Position numbers and translations under genes: made by a program. Positions 17,445 to 28,854 of a stretch of 64,000 nucleotides of DNA are shown here, piece by piece; positions within the stretch are counted from its first letter, which is position 1; each line of letters begins with the position of its first letter. Location of the stretch: positions 42,901 to 106,900 of the forward strand of contig VSPG01000004.1 of the NCBI GenBank assembly GCA_009775265.1, given 5' to 3'. The notes under the pieces are model-generated. The model did not search any database. It saw nothing but the letters and a program-made list of their open reading frames with translations, and was not told the DNA's origin. The DNA is from Muribaculaceae bacterium (GTDB taxonomy: Bacteria > Bacteroidota > Bacteroidia > Bacteroidales > Muribaculaceae).

Positions 17445-18650
17445 TCACAGCGGCATATGCAACGCTTCCTTGAAGCGCCGCACCACTTCCGGCCGGCCGG
17501 TGTACTTGCCCGCGTCCTCACTCAGCTTGCAGGTATCGTTGTAGAACGTCCATGACTCGGTGATTTTTGCAGCAAACAGCTTTATAACTATGTTCAGAGG
17601 CTTTACTCCCGGAAAATCGTTTGTAAAATGCGTACCTATGCCATACGACGGCAGGCACTTGCCTGCAGCATAACGTTGCAGCGCTATCGCCGCATCTGTG
17701 TCCAGGGCATTGCTGAACACCACCTGCTTCGACGACGGGTCTATGCCTAACGAACGGTATTTCGCCACAATCTTGTCGAGTTCGGCATAATTATCCCCGC
17801 TGTCTACGCGCAACCCTTTGAACATGTTTGCGTAATCCTCCGAGAAGTTCAGGCTGAATATATCCCATCCATAAGTATCGTACAGAAATGTCCCCAACGC
17901 ACCGCGGAAAGTAGACGACCATGTGCGCATCGCAATATAGTTCGCCATCTGCGGGCCATAAATGCCTGCAAGCGCACATATAAGTTCGTGGGCCATGGTG
18001 CCGATAGGTTTAAGGTCGTATTTCATGGCCAGATAGACATTGCTTGTGCCCGTAAAACGTCCCGGTCCGGACGACACCGCACCATATTCCGCCATTGCGC
18101 GCACCGATGTGTCCTGAGCCTCGAACGAAGCCCGTCGCCTGGTGCCGAAATCACTGAAATAACATCCGGCATCTATGAGACGCTGCGCTTTTTCCTTGGA
18201 GCGCAGGTAGTGGCCGTTGTAATCAAGTTGTCCGGCCTGCCCTGTCATCTCGTAATAAAGTTCGGAAATAATGGCCAGTACTTTGACTTCGAGCAAAATC
18301 GTGCTGCTCCACGGACCCTCGAAAGCGACACTCAGACGGCCTTCATCATCCTGCCGCACCTCGACCTGCCACCTGTCGTAGCGGAAACCCTTCAGGAAAG
18401 TGTAGAACCATACAGGGATGTACGGGCATCTGCGTTTCATGTATTCTATTTCGTCTTCCGTCACAACCACGCCCTCAAGCAACGCGACCTGCCGTTGCAA
18501 CTCGGATCCGAATCCGGGCGGATAGCATGTGCCGGCGCGGTCGACAAAAGAGTATTTCACCTGCGCACGCGGATAATTGTCTATCACAGCGCAGCACATC
18601 GTGAATTTATACAAATCGTCGTCGGTAAAATGGGTTATTATCTGTCGCAT
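17445..18650 (-). CDS. pncB: Nicotinate phosphoribosyltransferase
   Basis: 401-aa ORF. The N-terminus FTDDDLYKFTM, the FSDFGTRRR motif and GTMAHE are characteristic of PncB. Confidence 0.9.
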   Translation of the reverse strand: MRQIITHFTDDDLYKFTMCCAVIDNYPRAQVKYSFVDRAGTCYPPGFGSELQRQVALLEGVVVTEDEIEYMKRRCPYIPVWFYTFLKGFRYDRWQVEVRQDDEGRLSVAFEGPWSSTILLEVKVLAIISELYYEMTGQAGQLDYNGHYLRSKEKAQRLIDAGCYFSDFGTRRRASFEAQDTSVRAMAEYGAVSSGPGRFTGTSNVYLAMKYDLKPIGTMAHELICALAGIYGPQMANYIAMRTWSSTFRGALGTFLYDTYGWDIFSLNFSEDYANMFKGLRVDSGDNYAELDKIVAKYRSLGIDPSSKQVVFSNALDTDAAIALQRYAAGKCLPSYGIGTHFTNDFPGVKPLNIVIKLFAAKITESWTFYNDTCKLSEDAGKYTGRPEVVRRFKEALHMPL

Positions 18651-18729
18651 ACATTTTTGATTTTGTTTCGCACCCTATTAAAAATACAAATTTGACAATT
18701 ACATTGTTTGCCGCTAAAAAGTTTTCACG

Positions 18730-18737
18730 TAATTTTG
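18730..18737 (+). promoter_or_regulatory. Candidate -7 box TAATTTTG for the DUF389 gene
   Basis: Exact TAnnTTTG match, 19 nt upstream of the ATG at 18757. Confidence 0.4.
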
Positions 18738-18756
18738 CAGTTGCAAAACAACCTTC

Positions 18757-20109
18757 ATGAACATCAAGAACTGGAATAGCATAATCGACTCGCTGTCAAA
18801 TTATTTCTCGCTCAACGGATACATACTGTCCCAGAACGAGACCGAACAGTCCATCCGCGAAGGAATCACTTTCCGCGGCCCGAACATACTGATTCTGATT
18901 TTCGCCATATTCATTGCTTCGCTGGGTCTGAACACCAATTCCACAGCCGTAATAATCGGCGCCATGCTTATTTCGCCGCTAATGGGACCGATTATCGGAA
19001 TCGGTCTTGCCGTAGGCACCGAAGATTTCGAACTGCTGAAACGCTCAGCGCGCAACCTTGCCGTAGCCGCCGGCTTTTCAGTAATCACGTCCACTATATA
19101 TTTCCTCATTTCGCCCGTGAGCGAAGGGCACTCCGAACTTCTCGCCCGCACTTCGCCCACCATCTACGACGTATTCATAGGATTTTTCGGCGGATTTGCC
19201 GGCATCATAGCCATTGCGGCCAAAAACAAAGGCAACGTGATTCCGGGCGTGGCTATCGCCACAGCCCTCATGCCTCCTCTGTGCACCGTAGGCTTCGGAC
19301 TCGCCACATGGCAGTGGAACTATTTTCTCGGCGCCCTCTATCTATTCCTCATCAACTCCATTTACATTGCGCTCGCCACATTCATAGGCATCAAGCTTAT
19401 GAAATTCTCGCGGCACGTCGTAGAGCCATCTCCACGCGCCCGGCGCGTACGCAAATTTGTCTACATAATCGCCGTTCTCACCCTGCTCCCGTCGGTTTAT
19501 CTGACATACCGCATGCTCGGGCAGGAGCGTTTCGAGATGAACGCTTCGCGTTTCGTGGCCGAGGAGTTCAGTTTCCCGTCAACACAGGTACTCAGCCATT
19601 CAGCAACGGACGTAAGCGGCCAGCGCACAATATCCGTCACACTTATAGGAAAAATCCTCCCGCAGGATTCCGTCACTCTCGCCCTTAGCTCGCGCCTGCG
19701 CTTTTATGGCCTGCAGGGCACCAGACTCAACATAGTGCAGGGCGATTCACCAGATTTGTCATCCATCACAGGACGCTCGTCCACGGAAATACTGGAATTC
19801 GCACAGCAATCGATAGCACAGAAACAGGAGACAATAGACTCTCTCGAAGCCGTGCTCGCTTATCGCCGCATGAACGACACCGTGGTGGCGCGACTCGCAC
19901 CGGAGCTACGTGTGATATTTCCTCAGGTCGCTGACATAGCCGTCACGCGCGCCGTATTCGGCAACACCGCCACCGACAGACTTGACACCGTAAACGTGGC
20001 ACTCGTAAAATACAGCAAACCGCTACCGGCAGCCAAAGCCACCGAACTTAGAAAATACCTGCAAGCGCGCCTCCAAAGCGATTCGCTGCTGCTGCAGACA
20101 ATGAAATAA
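18757..20109 (+). CDS. DUF389-family integral membrane protein with C-terminal extension
   Basis: 450-aa ORF with multiple TM helices. It has the DUF389-like motif GAMLISPLMGPIIGIGLAVG and a roughly 200-aa soluble C-terminal region. Confidence 0.7.
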   Translation: MNIKNWNSIIDSLSNYFSLNGYILSQNETEQSIREGITFRGPNILILIFAIFIASLGLNTNSTAVIIGAMLISPLMGPIIGIGLAVGTEDFELLKRSARNLAVAAGFSVITSTIYFLISPVSEGHSELLARTSPTIYDVFIGFFGGFAGIIAIAAKNKGNVIPGVAIATALMPPLCTVGFGLATWQWNYFLGALYLFLINSIYIALATFIGIKLMKFSRHVVEPSPRARRVRKFVYIIAVLTLLPSVYLTYRMLGQERFEMNASRFVAEEFSFPSTQVLSHSATDVSGQRTISVTLIGKILPQDSVTLALSSRLRFYGLQGTRLNIVQGDSPDLSSITGRSSTEILEFAQQSIAQKQETIDSLEAVLAYRRMNDTVVARLAPELRVIFPQVADIAVTRAVFGNTATDRLDTVNVALVKYSKPLPAAKATELRKYLQARLQSDSLLLQTMK

Positions 20110-20142
20110 TAAAAAGCCGGGATTTGCATCCCGGCTTTTTTA
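20110..20142. terminator. Bidirectional intrinsic terminator between the DUF389 gene and eda
   Basis: AGCCGGGA (20115-20122) pairs with TCCCGGCT (20129-20136). The stem is flanked by an A5 run upstream and a T-run downstream. Confidence 0.75.
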
Positions 20143-20157
20143 TTCATATTGCCCTTT

Positions 20158-20820
20158 TCAGCATCCGGCTATTATAGCCAATGCTTCATGGCACTTGTCT
20201 GTGATATAACTCCAGTCTGCTGCGGCTATTCGCTCCTTGGGAAACAGTTTGGAACCCATGCCCACGCAATAGACTCCGGCTGAGAACCAAGCTCGCAGAT
20301 TATCCTCTGTGGGTTCCACTCCGCCTGTCACCATCAGCTTGCTCCAAGGCATCGGAGCGAGTAGCCCTTTGACGAACTTCGGGCCGAGCACATCGCCGGG
20401 AAACACTTTGCAAAGGTCGCATCCTGCCTCCTGTGCGAATCCCACTTCCGAAACCGTTCCGCAGCCGGGCGTGTAGGCCACCAGCCGGCGGTTGCACACA
20501 CGCGCCACCTCGGGGTTGAACAGAGGACCCACCACAAAGCATGCCCCGAGCTGGAGGTAAAGAGCCGCCGTAGCAGGGTCCACTATAGAACCTACGCCCA
20601 AAGCCATTTCCGGGCACTCCGCAGCGGCATATTTCACGAGTTCGCCGAAAATCTCATGTGCGAAGTCGCCACGATTGGTAAACTCGAATGCACGCACGCC
20701 TCCTTCATAGCAGGCTTTCAACACATGCTTGGCCACTTCGGCATCTTTATGATAAAACACCGGTACCATACGCGTGCCGCCTATCTTGGCCATTACGGCC
20801 TGTTTGTCGAATCTTGCCAT
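20158..20820 (-). CDS. eda: 2-dehydro-3-deoxyphosphogluconate / 4-hydroxy-2-oxoglutarate aldolase
   Basis: The ORF track gives 20158-20883. I prefer the start at Met22 (MARFDKQ..., ATG at 20820-20818), which sits 4 nt after the kdgK stop instead of overlapping it by 59 nt. It has the Eda-like motifs FEFTNRG and CKVFPG (Schiff-base Lys). Confidence 0.85.
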   Translation of the reverse strand: MARFDKQAVMAKIGGTRMVPVFYHKDAEVAKHVLKACYEGGVRAFEFTNRGDFAHEIFGELVKYAAAECPEMALGVGSIVDPATAALYLQLGACFVVGPLFNPEVARVCNRRLVAYTPGCGTVSEVGFAQEAGCDLCKVFPGDVLGPKFVKGLLAPMPWSKLMVTGGVEPTEDNLRAWFSAGVYCVGMGSKLFPKERIAAADWSYITDKCHEALAIIAGC

Positions 20821-20824
20821 ATTG

Positions 20825-21847
20825 TTATCGCTGTACGCGGCCGTTGGCATTGCCTCCGGCCAAGGATTGAACTTCCGCTGCACTGACGAGGTTGAAATCG
20901 CCGGGGATGGTATGCTTCAGAGCCGATGCGGCCACTGCGAATTCGAGTGCCTCTCCTTGCGACTTCATGGTAAGCAACCCGTGGATGAGTCCGCCGGAGA
21001 AAGAATCACCGCCGCCCACACGGTCTATAATCGGGAATATGTCATAACGTTTCGATTCATAGAACTCCTCGCCATTGTATATCATGGCCTTCCATCCGTT
21101 ATGAGTGGCAGAATAGCTCTCGCGGAGCGTCGAAACCACGTATTTGAAGCCGAATTCGCGTGCCATGGCACGGAATATGCCTTTGTAGCCTTCCGCATTG
21201 GTTTCTCCGCCTTCCACATCGGCTTCCGGCTTAAACCCGAGACAAAGTTCCGCGTCCTCCTCATTGCCGATACACACATCCACATATTGCATGAGCGGGC
21301 GCATTATGCTTTGCGCCTTCTCGCTCGTCCACAGTTTTTTACGGAAATTCAGATCGACACTCACCGTCACACCGTGGCGTTTGGCTGCTTCGCAAGCCAA
21401 ACGCGCAAGTTCGGCGGCTTTATCGCTGATGGCAGGCGTGATACCGCTCCAGTGGAACCAGTCCGCACCTTCCATTATAGCATCAAAATCGAAATCCTCG
21501 GGGTCGGCCTCCGCTATCGCCGAACCTGCACGGTCATAAATCACCTTGGACGGACGCATGGAGGCCCCTGTCTCACAATAATAGATGCCCACACGCTTGC
21601 CCCCGCGCGCCACGTGACGTATGTCCACTCCATAGCGGCGCAAGGCGTTCACGGCCGCTTGTCCTATCTCATGCTCGGGAAGCTTGCTTACAAAATATGC
21701 GTCGTGGCCGTAGTTGGCGCAACTCACTGCGACATTGGCCTCGCCGCCACCCCATATCACATCGAAATCATCCACCTGCACAAAACGCCGGTTTCCGGCA
21801 GGCGAAAGGCGCAGCATTATCTCGCCCAAAGTCACAATCTTGCTCAT
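20825..21847 (-). CDS. kdgK: 2-dehydro-3-deoxygluconokinase (PfkB family)
   Basis: 340-aa ORF. It has the N-terminus [20 protein letters not shown], and the PfkB signature [17 protein letters not shown]. Confidence 0.9.
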   Translation of the reverse strand: MSKIVTLGEIMLRLSPAGNRRFVQVDDFDVIWGGGEANVAVSCANYGHDAYFVSKLPEHEIGQAAVNALRRYGVDIRHVARGGKRVGIYYCETGASMRPSKVIYDRAGSAIAEADPEDFDFDAIMEGADWFHWSGITPAISDKAAELARLACEAAKRHGVTVSVDLNFRKKLWTSEKAQSIMRPLMQYVDVCIGNEEDAELCLGFKPEADVEGGETNAEGYKGIFRAMAREFGFKYVVSTLRESYSATHNGWKAMIYNGEEFYESKRYDIFPIIDRVGGGDSFSGGLIHGLLTMKSQGEALEFAVAASALKHTIPGDFNLVSAAEVQSLAGGNANGRVQR

Positions 21848-21890
21848 ACTGATATTTTATAGTTGTTTCAATGATATTCTTTTTGCGAGA

Positions 21891-21898
21891 CAAATTTA
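21891..21898 (-). promoter_or_regulatory. Candidate -7 box TAAATTTG (minus strand) for kdgK-eda
   Basis: Plus-strand CAAATTTA at 21891-21898, 44 nt upstream of the kdgK ATG (21847). Confidence 0.45.
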
Positions 21899-22004
21899 CA
21901 CAATAAAGGATTAACCATGTGAAATTTCGCAACCTTTTTCAGGCACATGTTACGGCAAACAAAAAAAAGGAAACATTTTGCGCCCGTTTGTGAAGTATAG
22001 TTGC

Positions 22005-22012
22005 TAACTTTG
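22005..22012 (+). promoter_or_regulatory. Candidate -7 box TAACTTTG for the galM-SSS-araDAB operon
   Basis: Exact TAnnTTTG match, 81 nt upstream of the galM ATG. No further TAnnTTTG box occurs in the short gaps down to araB. Confidence 0.45.
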
Positions 22013-22092
22013 TATGTCTTTTAAGATATTGTCCAAGATGCCCGTTTCGCGGAAACCTTATCAAAGAATATATAATAAATTCGTCTTTTATC

Positions 22093-23250
22093 ATGAAATA
22101 TCTATTCCTGATGCCGCTTGCGATTGCTGCGGCGCTCACATCTTGCAACGGAAACTCCGGAACAGGACTGACAAAATCCGGCCTTGACCCGGAGAAATTC
22201 AAAGCAGAATACGGCGGCAAGCCGACAGCGCTCTACACCCTCGCAAACAAAAACGGCATGGAAGCATGCATCACCAACTATGGCGGCCGCATAGTGTCGC
22301 TGATGGTGCCAGACCGCGACGGCGGATTCCGCGACGTAGTTCTCGGATTCGACAGCATTCAGGCTTACTTTCCGGAAAACAACCAGACCGACTTCAGCGC
22401 GGCCATCGGACGCTACGCCAACCGCATAGCCCAAGGACGTCTCGTCATAGACGGCGACACAGTGCAGCTTCCACGCAACAATTTCGGACATTGCCTGCAC
22501 GGAGGACCCACCGGATGGCAATACCAGGTGTACGAGGCGGAACAGCCGAACGACAGCACTGTCGTGCTTACAATGCACTCGCCCGACGGCGACAACAATT
22601 TCCCCGGAAACGTCACTGCTACCGTCACCTATACCCTCACCTCGGATAATAAGCTTGACATAGCCTACGCCGCCACCACCGATGCTCCCACCGTCATAAA
22701 CATGACCAACCACGCTTATTTCAACCTCAACGGCGACCCATCCCAACCCATCGCAGACCATACGCTCTACGTCAATGCCTCGACATACACCCCCGTCGAC
22801 TCCACATTCATGACCACAGGCGAAATTCTGCCCGTGGAAGGAACGCCTATGGATCTCACTACTGCGACAGCACTCGGCAAGCAACTTGACAAAACCGACT
22901 TCGAACAAATACGAAACGGCAACGGCTACGACCACAACTGGGTTCTCGACACCGCCGGCGACGAAAAAGCCATAGCAGCGCAACTCATCTCCCCCGCATC
23001 CGGCATAGTTCTGGACATATACACCGACGAGCCTGGCATACAGGTCTATTCCGGTAATTTCCTCGACGGCACCGTCACCGGCAAGAAAGGAAAGGTTTAC
23101 AATAAGCGTGCCGGCATCTGTCTCGAGACACAACACTATCCCGACAGCCCCAACAAGCCGGAATGGCCGTCCACCATCCTGCGCCCCGGCGAGACATACA
23201 AAAGCCACACCGTGTTTGCATTCTCAACCTACGAGCAACAGCAACCTTAA
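22093..23250 (+). CDS. galM: Aldose 1-epimerase (mutarotase), lipoprotein signal
   Basis: 385-aa ORF. It has a lipobox (LTSCNG), GRYANRI, the TNHAYFNL motif and a C-terminal CLETQHYPDSPN. Confidence 0.9.
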   Translation: MKYLFLMPLAIAAALTSCNGNSGTGLTKSGLDPEKFKAEYGGKPTALYTLANKNGMEACITNYGGRIVSLMVPDRDGGFRDVVLGFDSIQAYFPENNQTDFSAAIGRYANRIAQGRLVIDGDTVQLPRNNFGHCLHGGPTGWQYQVYEAEQPNDSTVVLTMHSPDGDNNFPGNVTATVTYTLTSDNKLDIAYAATTDAPTVINMTNHAYFNLNGDPSQPIADHTLYVNASTYTPVDSTFMTTGEILPVEGTPMDLTTATALGKQLDKTDFEQIRNGNGYDHNWVLDTAGDEKAIAAQLISPASGIVLDIYTDEPGIQVYSGNFLDGTVTGKKGKVYNKRAGICLETQHYPDSPNKPEWPSTILRPGETYKSHTVFAFSTYEQQQP

Positions 23251-23301
23251 TACAGACAAAATACAATTAACATAACACACCCTTAAATATTTCAGAAAAC
23301 T

Positions 23302-24981
23302 ATGGCATTACTTGACTGGATTGTCATCGCCCTGTTTTTCGTTGCCCTGATAGGAATTATCGTATGGGTAATGCGCCAAAAACAAAACAACGCGGCCGAC
23401 TATTTTCTCGGCGGCAAGGACGCCACGTGGATAGCCATCGGCGCCTCGATTTTCGCATCCAACATCGGTTCGGAGCACCTCATCGGCCTTGCCGGCTCCG
23501 GCGCATCGAGCGGCATGGCCATGGCACATTGGGAAATACAAGGCTGGATGATTCTTATCCTCGGATGGGCATTCGTCCCGTTCTATTCGCGCTCCATGGT
23601 ATACACCATGCCCGAATTTCTTGAGAAACGATTCAACCCTCAGTCGCGCACCATTCTTGCCACCATATCGCTCATCAGCTATGTGCTCACCAAAGTGGCC
23701 GTGACGGTGTACGCCGGCGGCCTTGTGTTCCAGCAGGTGTTTGGCATCGACGAGCTTTGGGGCATCGATTTCTTCTGGATTGCGGCAGTGGGTCTCGTGC
23801 TCATCACAGCACTCTACACAGTGCTCGGCGGCATGAAATCCGTCCTCTACACCTCCGTGCTCCAAACCCCCATACTGCTGCTCGGCTCGCTCATTATCCT
23901 TGTGCTCGGCCTCCGCGAACTCGGCGGTTGGGACGAAATGATGCGTATATGCTCGGCTGTCAAAGTGAACGAATACGGCGACACCATGACAAACCTCATC
24001 CGCAACAACGCCGACCCGCAGTACCCGTGGCTCGGTGCGCTCGTAGGCTCTGCCGTAATCGGTTTCTGGTATTGGTGTACCGACCAGTTCATCGTCCAGC
24101 GCGTTCTTTCCGGCAAGGACGAGCGTGAGGCACGTCGCGGCACCATCTTCGGAGCCTACCTGAAGCTGCTGCCTGTGTTCCTGTTCCTCATCCCCGGCAT
24201 GATAGCCTTCGCCCTGCATCAGAACCTCGGCGACTTCCTGCCCATGCTCCCCAACGGCTCCGTCAACTCCGACGCCGCCTTCCCCACACTCGTCGCAAAA
24301 CTCCTCCCCGCAGGTGTGAAAGGTCTTATCGTGTGCGGCATCCTCGCCGCTCTCATGAGCTCGTTGGCTTCGCTTTTCAACTCATCGGCAGCCCTTTTCA
24401 CCATCGACTTCTACCAGCGCTTCAAACCTGACACCGAGCCTAAAAAACTCGTGCGCATCGGCCAGGTGGCCACTGTGGCAATTGTAATCCTCGGCATACT
24501 CTGGATACCTGTGATGCGCTCCGTCGGCGACGTACTGTACCTTTATCTGCAAGACGTACAGTCGGTGCTCGCACCCGGCATCGCCGCCGCATTCCTCGTG
24601 GGCATACTCTGGAAGCGCGCCACAGCACAGGGTGGCATGTGGGCACTTATCTCCGGTCTTGTAATCGGCCTCACACGCCTTGCCGCCAAAGTATATTACA
24701 GCAACGCCGGCGAAACCGGCGACAGCCTGTTCCGCAGCGTCTTCTACGATTGCAACTGGCTCTTCTTCTGCGGCTGGATGCTTGTGTTCTGCCTTGTGGT
24801 GGCCATAATCGTATCGCTCTGCACCACAGCTCCCTCCCCCGAAAAAATACGAGGACTGGTGTTCGGCACATCCACACCCGAACAGCGTGCCGCAACAAGA
24901 GCAAGCTGGAACAAGTGGGATGTCATACACTCCATTATCATCCTCAGCATCACTGTAGCGTTCTACTATTATTTTTGGTAA
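23302..24981 (+). CDS. Sodium:solute symporter (SSF/SGLT family), probable pentose/hexose transporter
   Basis: 559-aa polytopic ORF. It has the SSF N-terminus ADYFLGGKD...ASNIGSEHLIGLAG and sits in the arabinose operon. Confidence 0.85.
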   Translation: MALLDWIVIALFFVALIGIIVWVMRQKQNNAADYFLGGKDATWIAIGASIFASNIGSEHLIGLAGSGASSGMAMAHWEIQGWMILILGWAFVPFYSRSMVYTMPEFLEKRFNPQSRTILATISLISYVLTKVAVTVYAGGLVFQQVFGIDELWGIDFFWIAAVGLVLITALYTVLGGMKSVLYTSVLQTPILLLGSLIILVLGLRELGGWDEMMRICSAVKVNEYGDTMTNLIRNNADPQYPWLGALVGSAVIGFWYWCTDQFIVQRVLSGKDEREARRGTIFGAYLKLLPVFLFLIPGMIAFALHQNLGDFLPMLPNGSVNSDAAFPTLVAKLLPAGVKGLIVCGILAALMSSLASLFNSSAALFTIDFYQRFKPDTEPKKLVRIGQVATVAIVILGILWIPVMRSVGDVLYLYLQDVQSVLAPGIAAAFLVGILWKRATAQGGMWALISGLVIGLTRLAAKVYYSNAGETGDSLFRSVFYDCNWLFFCGWMLVFCLVVAIIVSLCTTAPSPEKIRGLVFGTSTPEQRAATRASWNKWDVIHSIIILSITVAFYYYFW

Positions 24982-24984
24982 ACA

Positions 24985-25677
24985 ATGTTGAAAGAACTAA
25001 AAGAAAAAGTATTCAAGGCCAATCTCGACCTTGTGCGCCATGGCCTCGTGATTTTCACATGGGGCAACGTCTCAGGCATCGACCGCGAACGCGGCCTGGT
25101 GGTAATCAAACCCAGCGGCGTGGACTACGACGCTATGAAGGCTTCGGACATGGTGGTGGTGGACCTCTCCACAGGCGAAGTGGTGGAGGGCGACCTGCGT
25201 CCCTCCAGCGACACTCCTACCCACCTTGCTATTTACCGCGCTTTCGCCGAGGCCGGAGGCGTGGTACACACCCATTCCACATACGCCACTGCATGGGCTC
25301 AGGCCGGACTCGACCTGCCCAACATCGGCACAACGCACGCAGACTATTTCCATGAGGCCATCCCCTGCACTCCCGACATGACGCAGGACGAGGTAAACGG
25401 CGATTACGAACTCGAGACCGGCCACGTGATAGTGCGCCGCTTCGAAGGCATGAACCCGATGCACACCCCGGGCGTATTAGTCAAGAACCACGGCCCGTTC
25501 ACATGGGGCAAATCGCCGGCCGACGCCGTACACAACGCCGTCGTGCTCGAACAGGTGGCAAAAATGGCCTACATAGCCAAGACTCTAAACCCCTCGCTCA
25601 CCATGAACCCGCTGCTTGTGGAGAAGCACTATATGCGCAAGCACGGGCCGAACGCTTACTACGGACAAAAGAAATAA
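24985..25677 (+). CDS. araD: L-ribulose-5-phosphate 4-epimerase
   Basis: 230-aa class II aldolase-fold ORF with GNVSGIDRE..., VIKPSGV and the metal-binding [12 protein letters not shown]. Confidence 0.9.
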   Translation: MLKELKEKVFKANLDLVRHGLVIFTWGNVSGIDRERGLVVIKPSGVDYDAMKASDMVVVDLSTGEVVEGDLRPSSDTPTHLAIYRAFAEAGGVVHTHSTYATAWAQAGLDLPNIGTTHADYFHEAIPCTPDMTQDEVNGDYELETGHVIVRRFEGMNPMHTPGVLVKNHGPFTWGKSPADAVHNAVVLEQVAKMAYIAKTLNPSLTMNPLLVEKHYMRKHGPNAYYGQKK

Positions 25678-25699
25678 CCCCCTCTAAACACATAAGATT

Positions 25700-27235
25700 A
25701 TGTATAGCAATTACGAAATATGGTGGATTACCGGCGCGCAGCTCCTCTACGGAGGCGACGCCGTAGTGGCAGTCGACGCCCATTCCAAAGAAATGGTAGA
25801 CGGCCTCAACGCTTCAGGCAACCTTCCCGTGAAAGTGGTGTACAAAGGCACCGCCAACTCCTCGGCTGAAGTGGAAGCCCTGATGAAAGCCGCAAACAAC
25901 GACGCGCGCTGCGCCGGCATCATCACATGGATGCACACATTCTCGCCTGCCAAAATGTGGATCCATGGCCTCAAATTGCTCAACAAGCCCATGCTCCATC
26001 TGCACACACAGTACAATGCAGAAATTCCTTGGGACACCATGGACATGGACTTCATGAACCTGAACCAAAGCGCCCACGGCGACCGCGAATTCGGCCATAT
26101 CTGCGCCCGCATGCGCGTACGCCGCAAAGTAGTCACCGGCTACTGGAAAAACGCCGCCACCCAGGAACGCATTGCCGTGTGGCAGCGCGTGTGTGTGGCG
26201 TGGGCCGACTCTCAGGACATGCGCATAATACGCTTCGGCGACCAGATGAACAACGTGGCCGTAACCGACGGCGACAAGGTGGAAGCCGAAATCCGTCTCG
26301 GCTACCATGTGGACTACATGCCCTTCAGCGAGGTGATGCCTTACTTCGACGCAATAAAAGATGAGGACGTCGACGGACTCGTTGACGAATACTTCCGTCT
26401 GTACGCTCACGACATAGGCATCGAAGACCGCGACTCGCAGGAATACCGCAAAGTATGGAACTCCGCAAAAGCCGAGCTTACCCTGCGCGCCGTGCTCAAA
26501 GCCACCGGAGCAAAAGCTTTCACAACCAACTTCGACGACCTGGGCGACGTGAACGTCGACGCGACCGGACGCGGATTCGACCAGATTCCCGGCCTCGCCT
26601 CACAGCGCCTGATGGCTGAAGGCTACGGCTTCGGAGCCGAAGGCGACTGGAAATCGGCCGCTCTCTACCGTACTCTATGGGTTATGACTCAAGGCATGGC
26701 CGGCGGATGCTCGTTCCTGGAAGACTACACCCTTAATTTCGACGACAAGCAGAGCTCCATCCTTCAGGCACACATGCTTGAAGTGTGCCCGCTCATCGCA
26801 GAGGAACGTCCCCGCCTCGAAGTCCACCATCTGGGCATCGGAGTGCGAAAGACTCCGACAGCACGACTCGTCTTCACTTCCAAACCCGGAACAGGCGTCA
26901 CAGCCACCGTAGTCGACATGGGCAACCGCTTCCGCCTTATCGTCAACGACGTGGAATGCATCAAGAGCAAGCCTCTGCCCAAACTTCCTGTGGCTTCGGC
27001 TCTTTGGGTACCCATGCCCGATTTCGAGACCGGCGCGACAGCATGGATTCTCGCAGGCGGCACACACCATTCCTGCTTCAGCTACGACATCACCCCGGAA
27101 TATTGGGAGGATTACGCCGAAATAGCAGGAGTCGAGATGCTGCACATAGACAAAAACACCACCATCGAGGGCTTCAAAAACCAGATTCGCATGGGCGAGG
27201 TGTACTATATGCTTAACCGCTCGCTCTACCTGTAA
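25700..27235 (+). CDS. araA: L-arabinose isomerase
   Basis: 511-aa ORF with the AraA motifs [20 protein letters not shown] and [11 protein letters not shown]. Confidence 0.92.
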   Translation: MYSNYEIWWITGAQLLYGGDAVVAVDAHSKEMVDGLNASGNLPVKVVYKGTANSSAEVEALMKAANNDARCAGIITWMHTFSPAKMWIHGLKLLNKPMLHLHTQYNAEIPWDTMDMDFMNLNQSAHGDREFGHICARMRVRRKVVTGYWKNAATQERIAVWQRVCVAWADSQDMRIIRFGDQMNNVAVTDGDKVEAEIRLGYHVDYMPFSEVMPYFDAIKDEDVDGLVDEYFRLYAHDIGIEDRDSQEYRKVWNSAKAELTLRAVLKATGAKAFTTNFDDLGDVNVDATGRGFDQIPGLASQRLMAEGYGFGAEGDWKSAALYRTLWVMTQGMAGGCSFLEDYTLNFDDKQSSILQAHMLEVCPLIAEERPRLEVHHLGIGVRKTPTARLVFTSKPGTGVTATVVDMGNRFRLIVNDVECIKSKPLPKLPVASALWVPMPDFETGATAWILAGGTHHSCFSYDITPEYWEDYAEIAGVEMLHIDKNTTIEGFKNQIRMGEVYYMLNRSLYL

Positions 27236-28830
27236 TGACAGCCGAAGCAAAGAACACCATCGAGCAAGGACGCGCCGTATTGGGCATAGAGTTTGGCTCC
27301 ACACGCATAAAAGCCGTCCTTACCGACGAGCGCAACCGTCCGATAGCACAAGGATGCCACGAATGGGAGAACCAGCTCGCCGACGGCCTGTGGACCTACA
27401 GCACCGAAGCCATATGGTACGGGCTACAGGACTGCTACGCCAACCTCCGCGCCAACGTGCGAAAGCTCTACGACACCGAGATTGAACAGCTTGCAGCCAT
27501 CGGTATAAGCGCAATGATGCACGGCTACATGGCCTTCGATTCCGATGCCCGCATCCTTGTCCCGTTCCGCACATGGCGCAACACCAACACCGGGGCCGCT
27601 GCCGCAGAACTCTCCGAACTGTTCTGCTACAATATCCCGTTGCGGTGGAGCATCTCACATCTGTATCAGGCGATACTGAACGACGAGCCGCACGTGAAGG
27701 ACATCGACTTCCTCACCACGCTTGCCGGCTACATACACTGGCAACTCACCGGACGCCGCGTGCTCGGCGTAGGCGATGCCTCGGGCATGCTGCCCGTCGA
27801 CCCCGCCACGAAAGACTACGATGCGTCTATGATAGAGAAATTCGACAGACTCGTAGAGCCGAAAGGCTACCCGTGGGTTCTGCGTTCCATTCTGCCTGAA
27901 GCCATAGTGGCAGGCAAGGATGCAGGACGGCTCACCGAGGAAGGCGCCCGCCGCATCGACGTGTCCGGCCATCTCAAGGCCGGCGCCCCGCTGTGTCCGC
28001 CGGAAGGCGACGCCGGCACAGGCATGGTGGCCACCAATGCCGTGCTGCCCCGCACAGGAAATGTCTCGGCCGGCACATCGTCTTTCTCCATGATAGTGCT
28101 TGAAAAGAACCTGTCCAGACCCTATGATGTGATAGACATGGTGACGACGCCCGACGGCAATCTCGTGGCCATGGTGCACTGCAACAACTGCACTTCCGAC
28201 CTCAATGCATGGGTTGGCCTGTTCAAGGAGTACCAGCAACTGCTCGGCATACCCGTAGACATGAACGAAGTGTATGGCAAACTCTACGAGAATGCCCTTA
28301 AAGGTGCGCCCGACTGCGGCGGACTGCTTGCCTACAACTATTTCTCAGGCGAGCCCATTACCAGCCTTACCGAAGGACGACCCATGTTCGTGCGCTCGGC
28401 TTCGGACAAGTTCACCCTTGCCAACTTCATGCGTGCCAACCTATATGCATCCGTAGCTGTCCTGAAAATCGGCAACGACATCCTCTTCAACGAAGAACAC
28501 GTTGAAGTGGACCGCATCACAGCCCACGGAGGCCTGTTCAAGACAGCAGGCGTAGGGCAGAGCATTCTTGCCGCCGCGCTCAATTCGCCAATATCCGTAA
28601 TGGAAACTGCCGGCGAAGGCGGAGCATGGGGCATAGCTTTATTGGCATCGTACATGGTGAACAACACCAAAGGACAGTCGCTCCCGGCATTCCTGAACGA
28701 TGCCGTGTTTGTCGGGCAGAGCGCAACGGAAATGGCACCCGACCCCGACGCCGTGGCAGGTTTCAACGCCTACATCAAGCGCTACTGCAACGGTCTCGCC
28801 GTCGAACGAGCCGCCGTAGACACACTCTGA
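27235..28830 (+). CDS. araB: FGGY-family carbohydrate kinase, probable L-ribulokinase
   Basis: 531-aa ORF with the FGGY N-terminus [14 protein letters not shown]. It is immediately downstream of araA (TAATG overlap at 27233-27237). Confidence 0.8.
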   Translation: MTAEAKNTIEQGRAVLGIEFGSTRIKAVLTDERNRPIAQGCHEWENQLADGLWTYSTEAIWYGLQDCYANLRANVRKLYDTEIEQLAAIGISAMMHGYMAFDSDARILVPFRTWRNTNTGAAAAELSELFCYNIPLRWSISHLYQAILNDEPHVKDIDFLTTLAGYIHWQLTGRRVLGVGDASGMLPVDPATKDYDASMIEKFDRLVEPKGYPWVLRSILPEAIVAGKDAGRLTEEGARRIDVSGHLKAGAPLCPPEGDAGTGMVATNAVLPRTGNVSAGTSSFSMIVLEKNLSRPYDVIDMVTTPDGNLVAMVHCNNCTSDLNAWVGLFKEYQQLLGIPVDMNEVYGKLYENALKGAPDCGGLLAYNYFSGEPITSLTEGRPMFVRSASDKFTLANFMRANLYASVAVLKIGNDILFNEEHVEVDRITAHGGLFKTAGVGQSILAAALNSPISVMETAGEGGAWGIALLASYMVNNTKGQSLPAFLNDAVFVGQSATEMAPDPDAVAGFNAYIKRYCNGLAVERAAVDTL

Positions 28831-28854
28831 CACTTCTTGGAAATATCATTTCAC

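Noticed and set aside
20821-20883. N-terminal extensions given by the ORF track: eda (20821-20883), uxaC (35759-35812), the HTCS (52352-52375), lysR (30429-30473), nhaC (31367-31423) and thrE (29044-29160).
   Set aside because: Each extension overlaps the upstream gene or a promoter box and lacks family-like sequence. An internal Met gives the canonical N-terminus and a sensible intergenic spacing.
21968-21975. Possible partner repeat (AGGAAACA) 21 bp downstream of the ATGTTACG copy in the galM promoter region.
   Set aside because: It matches the proximal-repeat core poorly. The spacings to the TTTG and TAACTTTG boxes (1 and 24 nt) do not match the PUL promoter architecture.
21939-22220. 93-aa minus-strand ORF spanning the kdgK/galM divergent promoter region and the galM start.
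   Set aside because: It overlaps promoter boxes and the galM signal-peptide codons. It has no motifs and would leave no room for regulatory DNA.
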